64,000 nt of DNA from contig JAUZTB010000118.1 of NCBI GenBank assembly GCA_034780895.1, positions 23,528,096 through 23,592,095 of the forward strand, read 5' to 3'. The stretch's first letter is position 1; each line of letters opens with the position of its first letter. Position numbers and translations under genes: made by a program. Positions 50,481 to 63,215 of this stretch are shown piece by piece. This DNA is from Rhynchobatus australiae. Its lineage: Eukaryota. Under the pieces are notes generated by a model, which was given only the letters and a program-made list of their open reading frames with translations, was not told the origin of the DNA and did not search any database.

Positions 50481-51546
50481 CAGCCTATAGATCGAGCCCA
50501 CACTCCAGACTCCCGGACTACAATCCGGACTAATGAGTGAGCCAAATGCAGAACCATCAGCATTTATGAACAATCAGATGTCTCACTATGGGAGCCTTAC
50601 TTGACAATGTTATCTGCATCCTTGGTGTAGACCTGAAGAGTTTCGAGAAGGTTACCTCTTCAGACAATGTCATTTCCGCAGTCATCTCCAACCAACTTCA
50701 CACCTAACTGATCACCCACAAGCCCACGTGACATTAGGCGTCATTTTTAAATGGTCAAGTTGGGAGAAAAGCCATTTCTAACCTTGACCCATGAGTGTGA
50801 TTAGAACGTGGCAGTAGTTGGATACTTGCGGGGCAATTGGTCAGGTTGCACTTGTCCAAAACCATCTCACATAAGCTTCCCCCACAACCTATTCTGCCTT
50901 CTTGCAATGTGTGCACACAATGTACTACTTCACCAATCAGTTCACCAAACAGTGCAAGTCAAAAGTGGGACTGGAAGCACCACGTCATCTACAGCATAAA
51001 AAACACCATCCAGTGCAGCCCCATATCACCTGGCCCATGTCTACCAAATGTAATCACAGGGAAGCTGAGTTCTTTTGATCAGCAGGTACAAAGGAATGAT
51101 CCTAAGTTTTAACAAAATGTTTAAATGGATTAATTTCTTCACAAATTAGTCTTCATTATATTTGACCCAGATTATAAACCTGGTCTAGTTTAAATAAAAG
51201 AGAATCATCATGAAGAAGAATTACTAGTTGATTTTTTTTCTCAGACCTACCTAGTCATTTTGATCAACAAAAGTGATAATCCTGACTATAATAATGAAAG
51301 CTATTTCCATTTCCTTTCAAACAAACGGGACCCTTTGTGCATGTCTGTCTTTGAGTCCCAGTCAAAATATGTTTAAGCTAAAGCATGTTGAATGATGTCC
51401 CATCAGTTCATTTTCTGTGATCGTGAAGCTGGGCACNNNNNNNNNNNNNNNNNNNNCACCGAGCTTTTAAGGATACTAACGACTGTTAAAACTCAAGCAA
51501 CACTGCTTCTCGGTCACAGTGGCCTCTAACTGCCTGATTGAACTCG

Positions 51547-51709
51547 TTAATTCTTCTTGAGTAACAGAGGCATGAAAGACGCCATGAAAATGAACATCAG
51601 TGCAATATAAGAAGACTCGGTGAATTTTGATAAGCTTGAATAGAGGACTAAAAATGCCGCCAGCCATTTCTTCTTGCAATCACTTAATCTTTTCTGAAGT
51701 GGTCTTAAT
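51547..51709 (-). other. Candidate terminal exon encoding a hydrophobic C-terminal tail
   Basis: ctttccttgccaacag acceptor, then LRPLQKRLSDCKKKWLAAFLVLYSSLSKFTESSYIALMFIFMASFMPLLLKKN*. Confidence 0.2.
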
Positions 51710-51976
51710 CTGTTGGCAAGGAAAGTTCTGCAACTCCACTCATCTGAAAGGGAATGCTGTTTTCTTTTCCCCACCAGCAGTGTCGACAAACGTGGTAAAG
51801 TGAGAGGGGGAGTAAAGATCAAGTGTCACCTGAGATTGCATTTCACAAACAACGAATAAAACATCCACTTCACCAGTCTGGGTGTGCCTAAATAACATTC
51901 TTAATTTGATTGCATAACATCAACGGCAGATGCAGCCACTGCCAATTTACCACAGTCTTCAACAGAGTTACCCTTA

Positions 51977-52605
51977 AAGTCATAGAGTTATACAACATGG
52001 AAATAGGCCCTTCGGCCCAATTCATCAATGTTGACCAAGTTGTCCACCTGAGCTAGTCCCCTTTGCCTGTGTTTGGCCTATATTCTAAACCTTTCCCATC
52101 CATGTACCTGACCAAATGTCCTAACCATTGTAATTGTACCAGCCTCGACCACTTCCTCTGGCAGGTCGTTCCATAGGGTTCACACACCACCCTCTGTGTG
52201 AAAAGGCTGCCCGCCAGGTCCCCTTTAAATCTTTCCCCTCTCACCTTAAATTTATACCCTCTAGTTTTAGAGTCCCCTACCCTGGGAAAAAGGACTGTGA
52301 CAATCCATTTTATCTGTGCCCCTCATAATTTTATATACTTGCACAAGGTCACCCCTCAGCCTCCTACGCTCTGGGGAGAAAAGCCCCAGCCTATCCAATC
52401 TCTCCTGATAACCGAAGCCCTCCAGTCCCGGTAACATCCTTGTGAACTTTTTCTGCACTTGTTCCCACTTAATAACATCCTTTCCAATATCTAGGCAACC
52501 AAAAATGCATACAATACTCCAGGTGTAGTCTTATCAACATTTTGTACAGCTTTAACATGACATCTCAATGCTTGTAGTCAATGCCCTGACGATGAAGGCA
52601 AGTGA
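51977..52605 (-). mobile_element. CR1-like LINE 3' end
   Basis: QKKFTRMLPGLEGFGYQERLDRLGLFSPERRRLRGDLVQVYKIMRG; tail is the reverse complement of agtcatagagttatacaaca. Confidence 0.92.
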
Positions 52606-54344
52606 TCACAAGATGTGCACATTAACACCATATTACCACACAACATAAAGTCATAAAAATAGGCTGTTCTGCCCCTTGTGCCTACATTGCCATTTGATAG
52701 GTCTGTGACTGATCTCTGAATGGTATAATTAAAAGATGTCACACTTTGCAAGACAGGCATCCTTTGCCCAATCAGAGTCAAGGTAGGTCTGGTGAGGCAG
52801 ATAAATCAAAACATATTGGGAGCAATAAAGCAATATCGATTTACATTCTATTGAAGACGAAAGGAATATATTCCTCTGTTGGTGGCAGTTAGTACTAATT
52901 AGAATCTAAGACATTAACTAATGGTGAAGTCAAGAGACCTCTAAACATTTGATATTAATGGACCGAACTCACATGATAAAACTAATTAACTCAATTGTAT
53001 AAAGTTTCTTGCTCAGGAAAGTCATTATCCTGTTTATTTTTTTAAGGGCTCATGCCTTTATTGCAATATAACACAAAGGAATTTCACATTGATGCTTTTA
53101 TCACTGTATTTCAACACATACAAGTCAACCTTATGACAGAACTAAAATAAAACTGAGGGCAAGAATGCTCTCTGTCTAATTGCTTTTCTACTGCTAGACA
53201 CAACAATGTCTAAAGATATGAAAAGTCACTTTACTTTCAATATCTCAGTTTGGTGCAACTACCGTAACACATGATTCCTAAGTTTCATTTAAATATCAGG
53301 ATTTCAACTGAATGCAGAAATCTCATTATTCCTCAGTCACTTTTTCCTTGTCTTTTGGCGCTTTATTTTTTTATGGTTAAAATGCTTCACATGTGGACAT
53401 TATGTTTTTAATATATGTAGTGTGTATGAATATATGGCACCAAAAATATCTCACCAGCTATTTCAAAAGACTGTCCATCAGTTTTGAGAAGCAGTCTTCT
53501 AGTTAGCTCTGCATTATTCTTCCATGGGCACTGTACACTGTACTCCACGATGGATTCTATCCAATCCATTTAATCTCCTGAGGGAACTTTATGCATATGT
53601 TCTCCATTTCCCATAGGCCATTAAACATACAAAAACTGTCATATATACCCAACCTCATATTACCATTTTTCAAGCATTGCCTGTAACCTGACAGAAAATG
53701 TCTTTGCTTCAGAAGATGTGTTAACCTTAAACCTATTTCCTCTAGGTCTTAGCTCACGGTCAATATCCAAAACTTTTCCAGAATCTACATTATTAGCATT
53801 TCAAAGATCCAGAGTTCTTATTAAGTTCTCAGAGGAGACAAAGAGTTTCTCAGACTTGAAAACGTCATTGTTCATACATAGCCTTGTAGCGGCACAGAGT
53901 CTAAAGATACACAATTCTATTGTCACTCACACTAAGTGTTTACTTGAAAATATAATGAATGGCTTTAATAATTTGAATTATATAATTGTACAAATATTTT
54001 CAAGGAGGCTTAATCAGTGTCCTTGAATATTCTATTTGTCAGGTAACAAAGGTTGTGTATCTTAACTATCAGGATCCAGTGAAAGATAATAGGAACATGT
54101 ACAGATAAGTGAGACAAGTATGAAAGGAAAATGAACAAGGTGCTAAAATGGTCAGAGAGTATGGAAGCATTGGAAAGGGACAATAAAGTATTTTGAAGGT
54201 AGGTTCTTAATTTCAACAACATTTCAATAACATAAGCTGTGGTAAAGACAAGAAGGGTGGGAGTTAGGGAGCAGGATGGGGAGGGACGTGAACCACTGGA
54301 TTATTTTAGTTGATGCTTAAAATCAAAAATAGCACAGTGCCTCC

Positions 54345-54670
54345 AACTCTGACAGGAAGGACTCCCAAACCCTTGGACTCCAGCACCTTGAAGGACAAGG
54401 ACATTAGAGATGGCAACATGCCTGTGTTTGCAAACTCTCCTTCAAGGACCACAAAATCCTGATTTGGGAATACAATGTTCTTACTTCATCCCACTCAGTA
54501 AATGTTGTGTAACACTGCCCAGTAGCACTGTGAAAGCACCTTCACCAAAAAGGACTTGCAGCAATTCAAGTGGCTTACACCTAACATCCCCACCTTTTCA
54601 AGAGCAACTTGGACTGGGCAATTAGCACTGGCCATGCCAGAGCCAGAGCCAGGCACATCATGAAGAATGA
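54345..54670 (+). mobile_element. Old CR1/L2-group LINE 3' end
   Basis: Homologous to the reverse complement of 14590-14870 (ggacttgcagcaattcaag...caccttttcaagagcaacttggactgggcaattagcactggcc). Confidence 0.65.
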
Positions 54671-54784
54671 TAGAACAGCAACCTCATTTGGTGGTCAGCT
54701 TGATAAAAAGGTTAAATTCTGCAAATAATGGAAGTAGTACAACAGATAAGCTTTACTAACGGTGTGTGTATGCACTTGGCACTT

Positions 54785-55345
54785 TACATGTACCAGAGAG
54801 ACTGCAGAGAAGATTTAATTGTAGAAATAAGGAAAATTTTGATGAACTTGGGTTGGGACAGAGGTGGTCAAGGGGGAGGCTGAATTGAGGTGTATAAAAT
54901 TATAAGAGTCTTAGAGTAAATAGGAAGGACTTCTTGTATGATAAAATGTACTCTCGATCTCTCAATCTTCCTCATCATGATTCTTGCACTTTATTCGTCT
55001 CCCTGCTCTGCACTTTCTCTGTAACTGCAATGCCATATTCTACATTCTGCAATTGTGCTCCCTTTTGTACAACCTCAATATACTTATGTATAGAATAATC
55101 TGTCTGGATGACATGCAGACAAAAGCTTTTCACTGTATCTCAGGACATGAGACAATAATAAACCAATTATTAATTACCTATTACCCTTAGCAGAGGAGTG
55201 AAAACTAAGATTCAGAGCAACTGGTAGATGGATTTAAGGGCCAATAAAGGGCAAAATCCCTCATGGCACTTAAAAAGTGGTCTGATGCACGTTTGAAGAG
55301 CCCTGGCCTTCAGGGACACAGACCTGGTGTTAGAAGATAGGATTA
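54785..55345 (+). mobile_element. Old CR1-like fragment interrupted by a Rex1-type 3'UTR at about 54932-55175
   Basis: attgaggtgtataaaattataagag...aggaaggac | subfamily-B UTR ending aataataaaccaatt | cctattacccttagcagagg. Confidence 0.65.
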
Positions 55346-55384
55346 GGAGGGTCACCTTTTTCAACCTGTGTTAAAATAAGCCAA

Positions 55385-55767
55385 CACACAAAGAAGCTGG
55401 GGGAACTCAGCAAGTCAGGCAGCATCTATGGAGAGAAATGAACAGTTGACATTTTGGGTTGAGACCCTCCAGGACTGGAAAGATGGAGGGAAGATAGACA
55501 GTTTAAAAAGGTGGGTGGAAGGAGTGGAGAAAGAGCTGGTGGGTGATAGATGAGGGGGAGAGTGCGAATGATGTCAGAAGCTGGGAGGTAAAAGGTGGAA
55601 GTGAAAAAGATGGAATCTGATAGCAGAGGACAGTGAACCATGGGATAAAGGGAAGGAGGGTGGGGGAGGGGAGCTAGTGGGAGGAGTGTGTGGGTGATGG
55701 GCAGATGGAGAGGGTGGGGGAGGCAAAAGAGATAGGGTGATGGGGCCAATGAGATAAGGAGAAAAAA
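55385..55767 (-). mobile_element. Penelope-like element inverted pLTR
   Basis: The minus strand is the pyrimidine-rich pLTR ending ccagtcctggagggtctcaacccaaaatgtcaactg...gatgctgcctgacttgctgagttccccc. Confidence 0.75.
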
Positions 55768-56095
55768 AGACATGATGCAGATTGGGGAATCGCTTCGTCG
55801 AGCAACTTCACTCCATCTGCCGTACCAGCCGGGATGTCCAGCCAATTTAATTCCACTTCCCATTACCCCACACCGACATGTCTGCCCACAGCCTCCTCCA
55901 CTGCCAAATTGAGGCTGGATACAGTTAGAGGAACAGCACCTCACATTCCTCCTCGGTAGTCTCCAGCCTGACAACATAAACATCGAATTCTCCAACTTCC
56001 AGTAACCGCTCCCTTCTGCCCACCCCCCCCCCACCAACACTTTTCTTTCTCCTGATCCCAATGGCCCCCATCACCCTGTCTCTTTGCCCTTTCTA
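55768..56095 (+). mobile_element. Penelope-like element GIY-YIG C-terminus and 3' flank
   Basis: LGNRFVEQLHSICR ... LEEQHLTFLLGSLQPDNINIEFSNFQ* (stop at 56003-56005), with frameshifts. Confidence 0.82.
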
Positions 56096-56894
56096 ATATT
56101 CTTCCAAGTAAAATAATTTCTGGACAATTCCTATTTTACACATTTCCAAAGAAATACATTCACAAATTCATTTCAACCAACTGCCCGTCAGCTGCTGGGA
56201 TTGGCTACTAAGTGTTGGCCTCCCCAGACCAACAGAAAATGAATGAATAAAAAATCAGCCATGACCTTCCTATGAACAAGATCTTGCTCATTGCCACTGC
56301 TTAATATGTTAATATCAGACTCATTTACCAAAGACAAAGTAATGCAAGAGTTTACCAGTTATTATTAAGTATTATTTGCGAACATCTAAGGGGCTTAACA
56401 TGGAGGATGTGNNNNNNNNNNCAGCTATCGGCTAAAGAATAAAATAGCATGGCTCATATCACAAATTAATAAACACACTTTTCCTTTAATACTGGTATTT
56501 AACAAATTAAATTGTACTGAACAAAGCTTGCACAATGAATGATGCTCTGTTTTAAATGGAAAAATGGCACTGCCAGGCTTTACATTTCACTTTATCTCTT
56601 GAAACTTTTATTAATGAACATGGACAGATGCACATTCCTGTGTCCTCACATAATACTTTCAGGGAATATAATCAATTGTAGTAGAGACGCTTTGTCAAGA
56701 GAACCCATTGCATTCCATTCACATGCAAGTTTCTCAGCACTGGAAGAAAATGAAATTCTCACCCAAGATCAGAATGATTCTCTGCAATTTGATGCCTTTT
56801 TCTCGAGGGCAAGGAAAAATTGGATGCTTCCAATTTGCAGCAACCAGTCAATCTGCTCTTCCTTTCTGATCTGTTTACAGGCACAGATGGAAGT

Positions 56895-57050
56895 CTGGCA
56901 GTGTCATGGCAGTGTCTCTGGACTTACAATCCAGAAATCTGGACTAATGATCCAGAGATACGAGTTCAAATTCCACCACGGCCATTGGGAAATTTAAATT
57001 CAATTAATGAAATACAAATGAAATTTTTAAAAAAACTGGTTCTAAAAAGC
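56895..57050 (+). mobile_element. Old tRNA-derived SINE head (different family, possibly DeuSINE/SacSINE-like)
   Basis: ggcagtgtctctggacttacaatccagaaatctggactaatgatccagagatacgagttcaaattccaccacggc; B-box-like GAGTTCAAATT. Confidence 0.5.
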
Positions 57051-58637
57051 ACGCACTGATGAGAATGTTGTAAACAGAAATCTTCAATTGATGCCCTGAC
57101 AGTCTATCATAATACCAAATCCTCAGCAATCAATTCACAAGTGAGCCAAAAGTTGGGATCGGTAACAAAGGGCAAGAGTTGCAAGTGATGATCACATCCC
57201 ACCAGAAAGTCCAGAATGTTCTTTTTTTTGTTTCAAGTTAAAAAATACAGCAGGTTTGAAATAATTTATTTTGCTGATATTGACAAAACTCACATACTAG
57301 TCATCAGCAAACCCTAACTGTCAATGAGGCTAACATTTGAAGGACTGAGACTGCAAGGTTTTGGCTCCAGGGTAGATCAGAAACGCAGCCATGAAGGCAC
57401 CACCAGGAAGGCACACTGCATGCATTAAACTGGGGGGAAAAGAAATGTCTTTTTGAAATTGTTTGACTTGAATTTGCAGAAAAGATTTTTGCTCGCATAG
57501 AAATAGGCCATGTCATTGACCTTTTTATTGCCTTGTATCAAAATTGTGCTTTTCATGAAAATAGTAATTATGGACTGACACTCTCCCATTCATAATTGTG
57601 TCATTTTGATATCTTGGCAGGGAAAAAAGTTTTGTGCCTTTCAAATAAAAATTGTAGAAAGCAATGGCCAAATGACAAAAATTATAGGCTTTGTTCATTT
57701 TTATTTTGAATAGAAGTTACCAGTAGAAATTAAAATGACAGCAACCAATACAGATAAATACCCCATCCATCTCCTCGCCTCCCCAAGTTCCTCAAATCCA
57801 CACCTTCACATGAGGATTATTAATGGTGGTTTTGAAGAAAAATTCAAAAATCAGTTCAAAGTAGATGTGAAGAACTGAAATTACTTTAATTAAGCAGCAA
57901 ATACATAGTTGTAGATAACAAACTTAATTTGTTCCAAAGTTTTCAATGTTACAGCCTGTAACACAAAGATAAGAATGTGTAATTTTCATAATCATTAAAT
58001 ATTTGACATCTAAAACTCGGGCTAAACACGGAAAGATGCTATGTTGGAATGATATTGAATGCAAAACATTTTGGAATTGCCAAGACGACAAGTTGGCACC
58101 AATGGATGCTTTGATATTTTCATGCCTGTATTCTTACACATTTGTACAGAAACTGATAAATTCATCAGGCTTAATAATATCTGTGAAATGGTAAATAGTT
58201 ACTGAGATAACAAGATAATGTCTACAAACAGTTCCTTTTAAAGTAGCTCTGGAGATTATTTAAAACTAACAACTGAAGACAAAGTGAAAGTATATTTAAT
58301 CAGGGCAGCAATGAAAAAGATGGTCAAGCTAAGCATCATTTTATTTGGCTGAACACATTGATCTTTGCTAAGCAATCCTCTCTTCTGCTCAGGCATCTTT
58401 ACTTATTAGATCAGGCAGCTCCTTTCTTTCACCAACAACCGCTGTGTCCCTTTAGAACTTCAAACTTAAATGTGAAAAGCACAGTGACCTCTTTGGATCC
58501 GAGACACAGACATTCAATACTGCAGTTTGGAACACCAACAGAAATGTTGTATCAGGCTGACCCCTAGTCTCATCCTGAATTCATCTTTCTAAATGGCTTC
58601 TCAGCATATCAAAATTTCCTTATGATGATATTACTCT

Positions 58638-59062
58638 TGCAGGCTCCAATGCACAGGATCGCAAGAGGCTGCAGAGGGATATAGACTCAGCCAGCTCCAT
58701 CATGAGCACAACCCTCCCCACCACTGAGGACATCTTCAAGAGGCGGTGCCTCAAGAAGGCGGCATCAATCACTAACAACCCTCACCAGCTGGGACATGCC
58801 CTCTTGTTGTTACTGCCCTCGGGGAGGAGGTACAGGAGCCTGAAGACCCACACTCAATGATTCAGAAACAATTTCTTCCCTTCCGCCATCAGATTTCTGA
58901 ACGGTTCAAGAACCCAGGAACATTACCTTGTTATTCCTGTTTTTGCACTTTATTTCTATTTCTGTAACTCATAATAATTTTTATGTCTTTGCACTGTACT
59001 GCTGCTGCAAAACAACAAATTTCACTTTACATAAATCAGTGATAATAAATCTGATTCTGATC
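58638..59062 (+). mobile_element. Rex1/Babar LINE 3' end (subfamily C)
   Basis: AQDRKRLQR..DSASSIM...RRCLKKAASI...GRRYRSLKTH; tail aataaatctgattctgatct. Confidence 0.85.
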
Positions 59063-59297
59063 TATAGGCATGGGATTAGCTTTTATATAGACATGGATCA
59101 CGCTGTCTGATACTTCTCTGCATCCATTCACAGTGATGGACTCACATCTTAACTCACATTAAAAATTGAAAATGCTCATTAGCCTCAGTCAACAACCTCT
59201 GCAACCTCACTAATGACTCCACCCCACTCCCAGGCAGGTGGAGATCCAACAACTTGATCCTATTTGACTTGGAGCTGATCCTGAGCCCATTGCCTTT

Positions 59298-59460
59298 CCA
59301 GGCTCGGGGACAGCTTCTATCCTGCTGTTCTGAGACTATTGAATGGACCTCTTGTACAATAAGGTGGACTCTTGACCACACAATTCACCTCGTCATGGCC
59401 TTGCACCGTTTTTGTCATGCTGCACTGCACTTTCTCTGTAACTGTAACACTATATTCTGC
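59298..59460 (+). mobile_element. Rex1/Babar-type 3' end (subfamily B), running into a gap
   Basis: ggacagcttctatcctgctgttctgagactattgaatggacc plus the shared UTR. Confidence 0.78.
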
Positions 59461-60734
59461 NNNNNNNNNNNNNNNNNNNNNNNNNNNNNNNNNNNNNNNN
59501 NNNNNNNNNNNNNNNNNNNNNNNNNNNNNNNNNNNNNNNNNNNNNNNNNNNNNNNNNNNNNNNNNNNNNNNNNNNNNNNNNNNNNNNNNNNNNNNNNNNN
59601 NNNNNNNNNNNNNNNNNNNNNNNNNNNNNNNNNNNNNNNNNNNNNNNNNNNNNNNNNNNNNNNNNNNNNNNNNNNNNNNNNNNNNNNNNNNNNNTGCCTC
59701 AGGCAATCATCATCCCGGTCATCTCCCTGAGCACCACCACAATTCTCCCTCTCCTTTTGTCTCTAAATCCAAACTCCATCCTGAACATCAAAACAGCATT
59801 GTACTGATTTGCCTCTGTTGGGTGATTTGCAAATGAAACAGATGCGTACTTCTGATTAATCACCCTCATCTCTCCCCAGATTTCTGCGGATTCTGAATGC
59901 CAGAATCCTACATTTCACCAGGCCCTGTAGCCACAAAATCAAATCTGATCTCCACAGATGCATGGTCCCTAAACATTTTGGGCCCCATTTAAACTGAGAG
60001 TCAATTAACAAAATGTTAGTTACGTTTCATTTCTTTGCTTCTCCAGCTTTCTTATCCAACCAGTCTCATCCAATCACAGGTGGCCTTACTTTTACATGCC
60101 TTGGTCACAGACACTAGGATGTTCTGTTCTGCTGAAAGTATAATTGAACTGCAAGATGTTACTTGTGCTTCCACAGATATTCTTGCACTTTGTTTTTCAA
60201 AAGTACTCAGAGCATGATAAGAGCAAGNNNNNNNNNNNNNNNNNNNNNNNNNNNNNNNNNNNNNNNNNNNNNNNNNNNNNNNNNNNNNNNNNNNNNNNNN
60301 NNNNNNNNNNNNNNNNNNNNNNNNNNNNNNNNNNNNNNNNNNNNNNNNNNNNNNNNNNNNNNNNNNNNNNNNNNNNNNNNNNNNNNNNNNNNNNNNNNNN
60401 NNNNNNNNNNNNNNNNNNNNNNNNNNNNNNNNNNNNNNNNNNNNNNNNNNNNNNNNNNNNNNNNNNNNNNNNNNNNNNNNNNNNNNNNNNNNNNNNNNNN
60501 NNNNNNNNNNNNNNNNNNNNNNNNNNNNNNNNNNNNNNNNNNNNNNNNNNNNNNNNNNNNNNNNNNNNNNNNNNNNNNNNNNNNNNNNNNNNNNNNNNNN
60601 NNNNNNNNNNNNNNNNNNNNNNNNNNNNNNNNNNNNNGCAATAAAACTTTACTATTGAAGTACTTCTGGATTTATGATCTGGATCCTCGGTACATGTGAC
60701 ATTGTGTAGTGTCCTCGAGCGTTAGGAAATGGAA

Positions 60735-61062
60735 GCACAATGGTGCAGTCAGTATAGCTGCTACCTTACAGCTCCCTTGACCTGGGCTCACTTCTGAGCT
60801 CTGCTGCTGTCTGTGTGGAGTTTATACATTTTTCCTGGGATCAAGTGGGTTGCGCCCAGGTGCTCTGGTTTCCTCCCACATCCCAAAGGTGTGCTAGTTG
60901 TCTGCAGTAAATTGCCCATCGTGTAGGCTGCTAAGAGGACGGGGTTATTTGCGTGTGAGAGAGAAGTTAAGTCGGGAAATGGCATTGATGTGGTTGCTCT
61001 GAGAGCCCTCATGGACTTGTTGGGTTGAATGGCATCCTTCCATTTTCTCATGAAACATGAAA
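60735..61062 (+). mobile_element. V-SINE (HE1-like)
   Basis: gcacaatggtgcagtcagtatagctgctaccttacagctc head; gtgctctggtttcctcccacatcccaaag core. Confidence 0.8.
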
Positions 61063-61159
61063 TGTTCTTGACAGTTGAGGGTCATTCCATTGCTATTTAA
61101 TACTAGGGAGTTTTGGATGTCTATCTCCTCTTGGGTCGGCTCTTTTCTCCAGTGTTCAC

Positions 61160-61730
61160 CAGTTGTATAAACATTGGTAAGGCCACTGTTGGGAAATTGT
61201 GTGCAGTACTGGTCACCACACTATAGGAAGAATGTGATTTAGCCAGAGAGTGTGCAGAAAAGATTCACAAGGAAGTTGGAGAGCTTGAGTTATAAGGAGA
61301 GATTGGATATTCCGGGGCTGTTTTTCCTGGAGAGTGTAGGACACTGAGTGGTGATCTTATTGAGGTTTATAAGATCATGAGGGGGACAGATAAGGTGAAT
61401 GGTCACATCTTCTTCCCAGGGTAGGGAAGTCTAAAACTAGTGGGCATGGGTTTAAGGCGAGAGGGGCAACATTTAAAGGGGATCAGAGCAGCAAGTTTTT
61501 CATACAAAGGGTGATAGGCATATGGAATGAGTTGCCAGAGGAAGCTGTAGAGGTGGGTACAATCATAATGTTCAAAAAAACATTTAGACAGATATATGGA
61601 TTGGAAAGGTTTAGAGGGATATGAGCCAAATGCAGGAAAATGGGACTGACTCAGACAGGCAACTTGGTTGGCATGGACAAGTTGGGCCGAAGGGCCTGCT
61701 TCTGTGCTGTATATCTCCATGAATCTACGA
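61160..61730 (+). mobile_element. CR1-like LINE 3' end
   Basis: LYKTLVRPLL..CVQYWSPHYRKNVI..VQKRFTR...DLIEVYKIMRG; tail gctgtatatctccatgaatct. Confidence 0.9.
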
Positions 61731-62587
61731 ATTTATGTTCATCCTGCCACTTCTAGAACTCACTTCCTCAAGCATCTCCACTGCACTAATCTCCCTGAAC
61801 ACCACCACAATTCTCCCTCTCCTTTGACCCCTCTATGGTTGTCTCCATATCCAAACCCCATCACAAACATGAAAACAGAAAAGCCACCTCATCCTCCAAT
61901 TGTCCCCATGACCAAATAGATCCCTGTCAGATCATCTCCACAGCCAAACAGACCTTCCAACATTTCCACTGCTGAATAGCTCCCATTGATAATCCCCATA
62001 CATATCCCCCAATCATGCTCATTGTCCCTCTGTTTATCCCCACTCACCCATGTCTGATCATCCCCACAGTCCCCTTTATCTGCACCCCTCTGATTATTCC
62101 CAGACCTGATCAGCCCCCTTTCCAAATCCACAGGCACAAACACCTATCCCTCCAACAGATCGCACTGCTGAACTTCTGATTGCCTCCACAATGGAAAAGC
62201 ACTCTGCCTATCCTGATCCTCCTCACCATCAAACCACACCTCCTCACCCCCATGGTTGTCACAGCTGGTTCCACTGCGCCCCTCCCTGGTCTGTGATCCC
62301 TTCTCCATCCCAGCCCTATTCCTGACCCAAATACACCTCCCCATGAATGCCATCATCCACAGTGTTGGGAAGTCACTGAGGAAAGGCCCTTGTGTGAGTT
62401 TAGCCATGTAAGGTCCTATCTGTCCAGCTCAATGCATAACAGATCACATGTGTTGCAGATCATCCAACACAGACAAGGTGTCCAAACTGCACCAATTTGC
62501 CTTCTCTGCATCATTACAAGTTGAATGTCAAGGTTTTTCAAATGATTTTAAATAGAAAAATGAAAAGTCAGGATCTGTGCACAGATA

Positions 62588-62850
62588 CAATAAGATTTGG
62601 AACACAGGAGCAAAATTTGGGCAATCAGGCCCTCAACTCTATTCCTCCATTCAATAAGATGATGGGTGATCCATATCTCAGCTGCATTGCCTGTCTTTCT
62701 TCCACATCTCTTGATACCACCTTACCCAACTAATATCTGTTCATTTCAACATAACAAGACACAATGACCTTGCAACCACAACATTGCAGGAGCATGTTCC
62801 TGAATTCCATTACCATTGGTGGGAAAAAAAATGCTTCTTAATTCCACTCA
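62588..62850 (-). mobile_element. Old CR1-like 3' end (second subfamily)
   Basis: taagatttggaacacaggagcaaaatttgggcaatcaggccctcaactctattcctccattcaataagatgatgggtgatc, related to 10255-10380. Confidence 0.55.
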
Positions 62851-63029
62851 AGTAAAGTTTGGCTCTTATTTTAAGATCGTACATCTTAAAAGGAGACACG
62901 GACACCTGGATGAACTGCTCTCAGTTTGGCACTGTATACATAAGGAATCAGGAATAGCTTGGAGGAAGGTCCCAGGATACACTTGTACAGGAACTTTTCC
63001 TTTTGAAAGTTCGCAAAAAGGGCTGTGAT

Positions 63030-63215
63030 GAAAAGGCAGAAATACTCAGCAAATCAGGCAGCATCTGTGGAGAAGGAAACTGAATGAAGGTTTAAGATCA
63101 GTGATCTTTCATCACAACTGAAATGTTAATTCCCCTTGTCTCTCCTATGTGACCTGATCTGCTGAGTATTTCCAATGGTTTCCCTTTTTATTTCAGATTT
63201 CAAGCACCAGTTTTT
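63030..63215. mobile_element. Penelope-derived fold-back element, diverged
   Basis: gaaatactcagcaaatcagg ... cctgatctgctgagtatttc inverted arms. Confidence 0.65.

Noticed and set aside
50023-50540. 155-aa repetitive ORF / CRISPR-like appearance
   Set aside because: It is a degenerate minisatellite with no unique spacers and no cas genes, in a vertebrate context. The ORF is a by-product of a stop-free repeat unit.
55426-56061. 211-aa minus ORF
   Set aside because: It is an antisense, low-complexity reading of a Penelope remnant.
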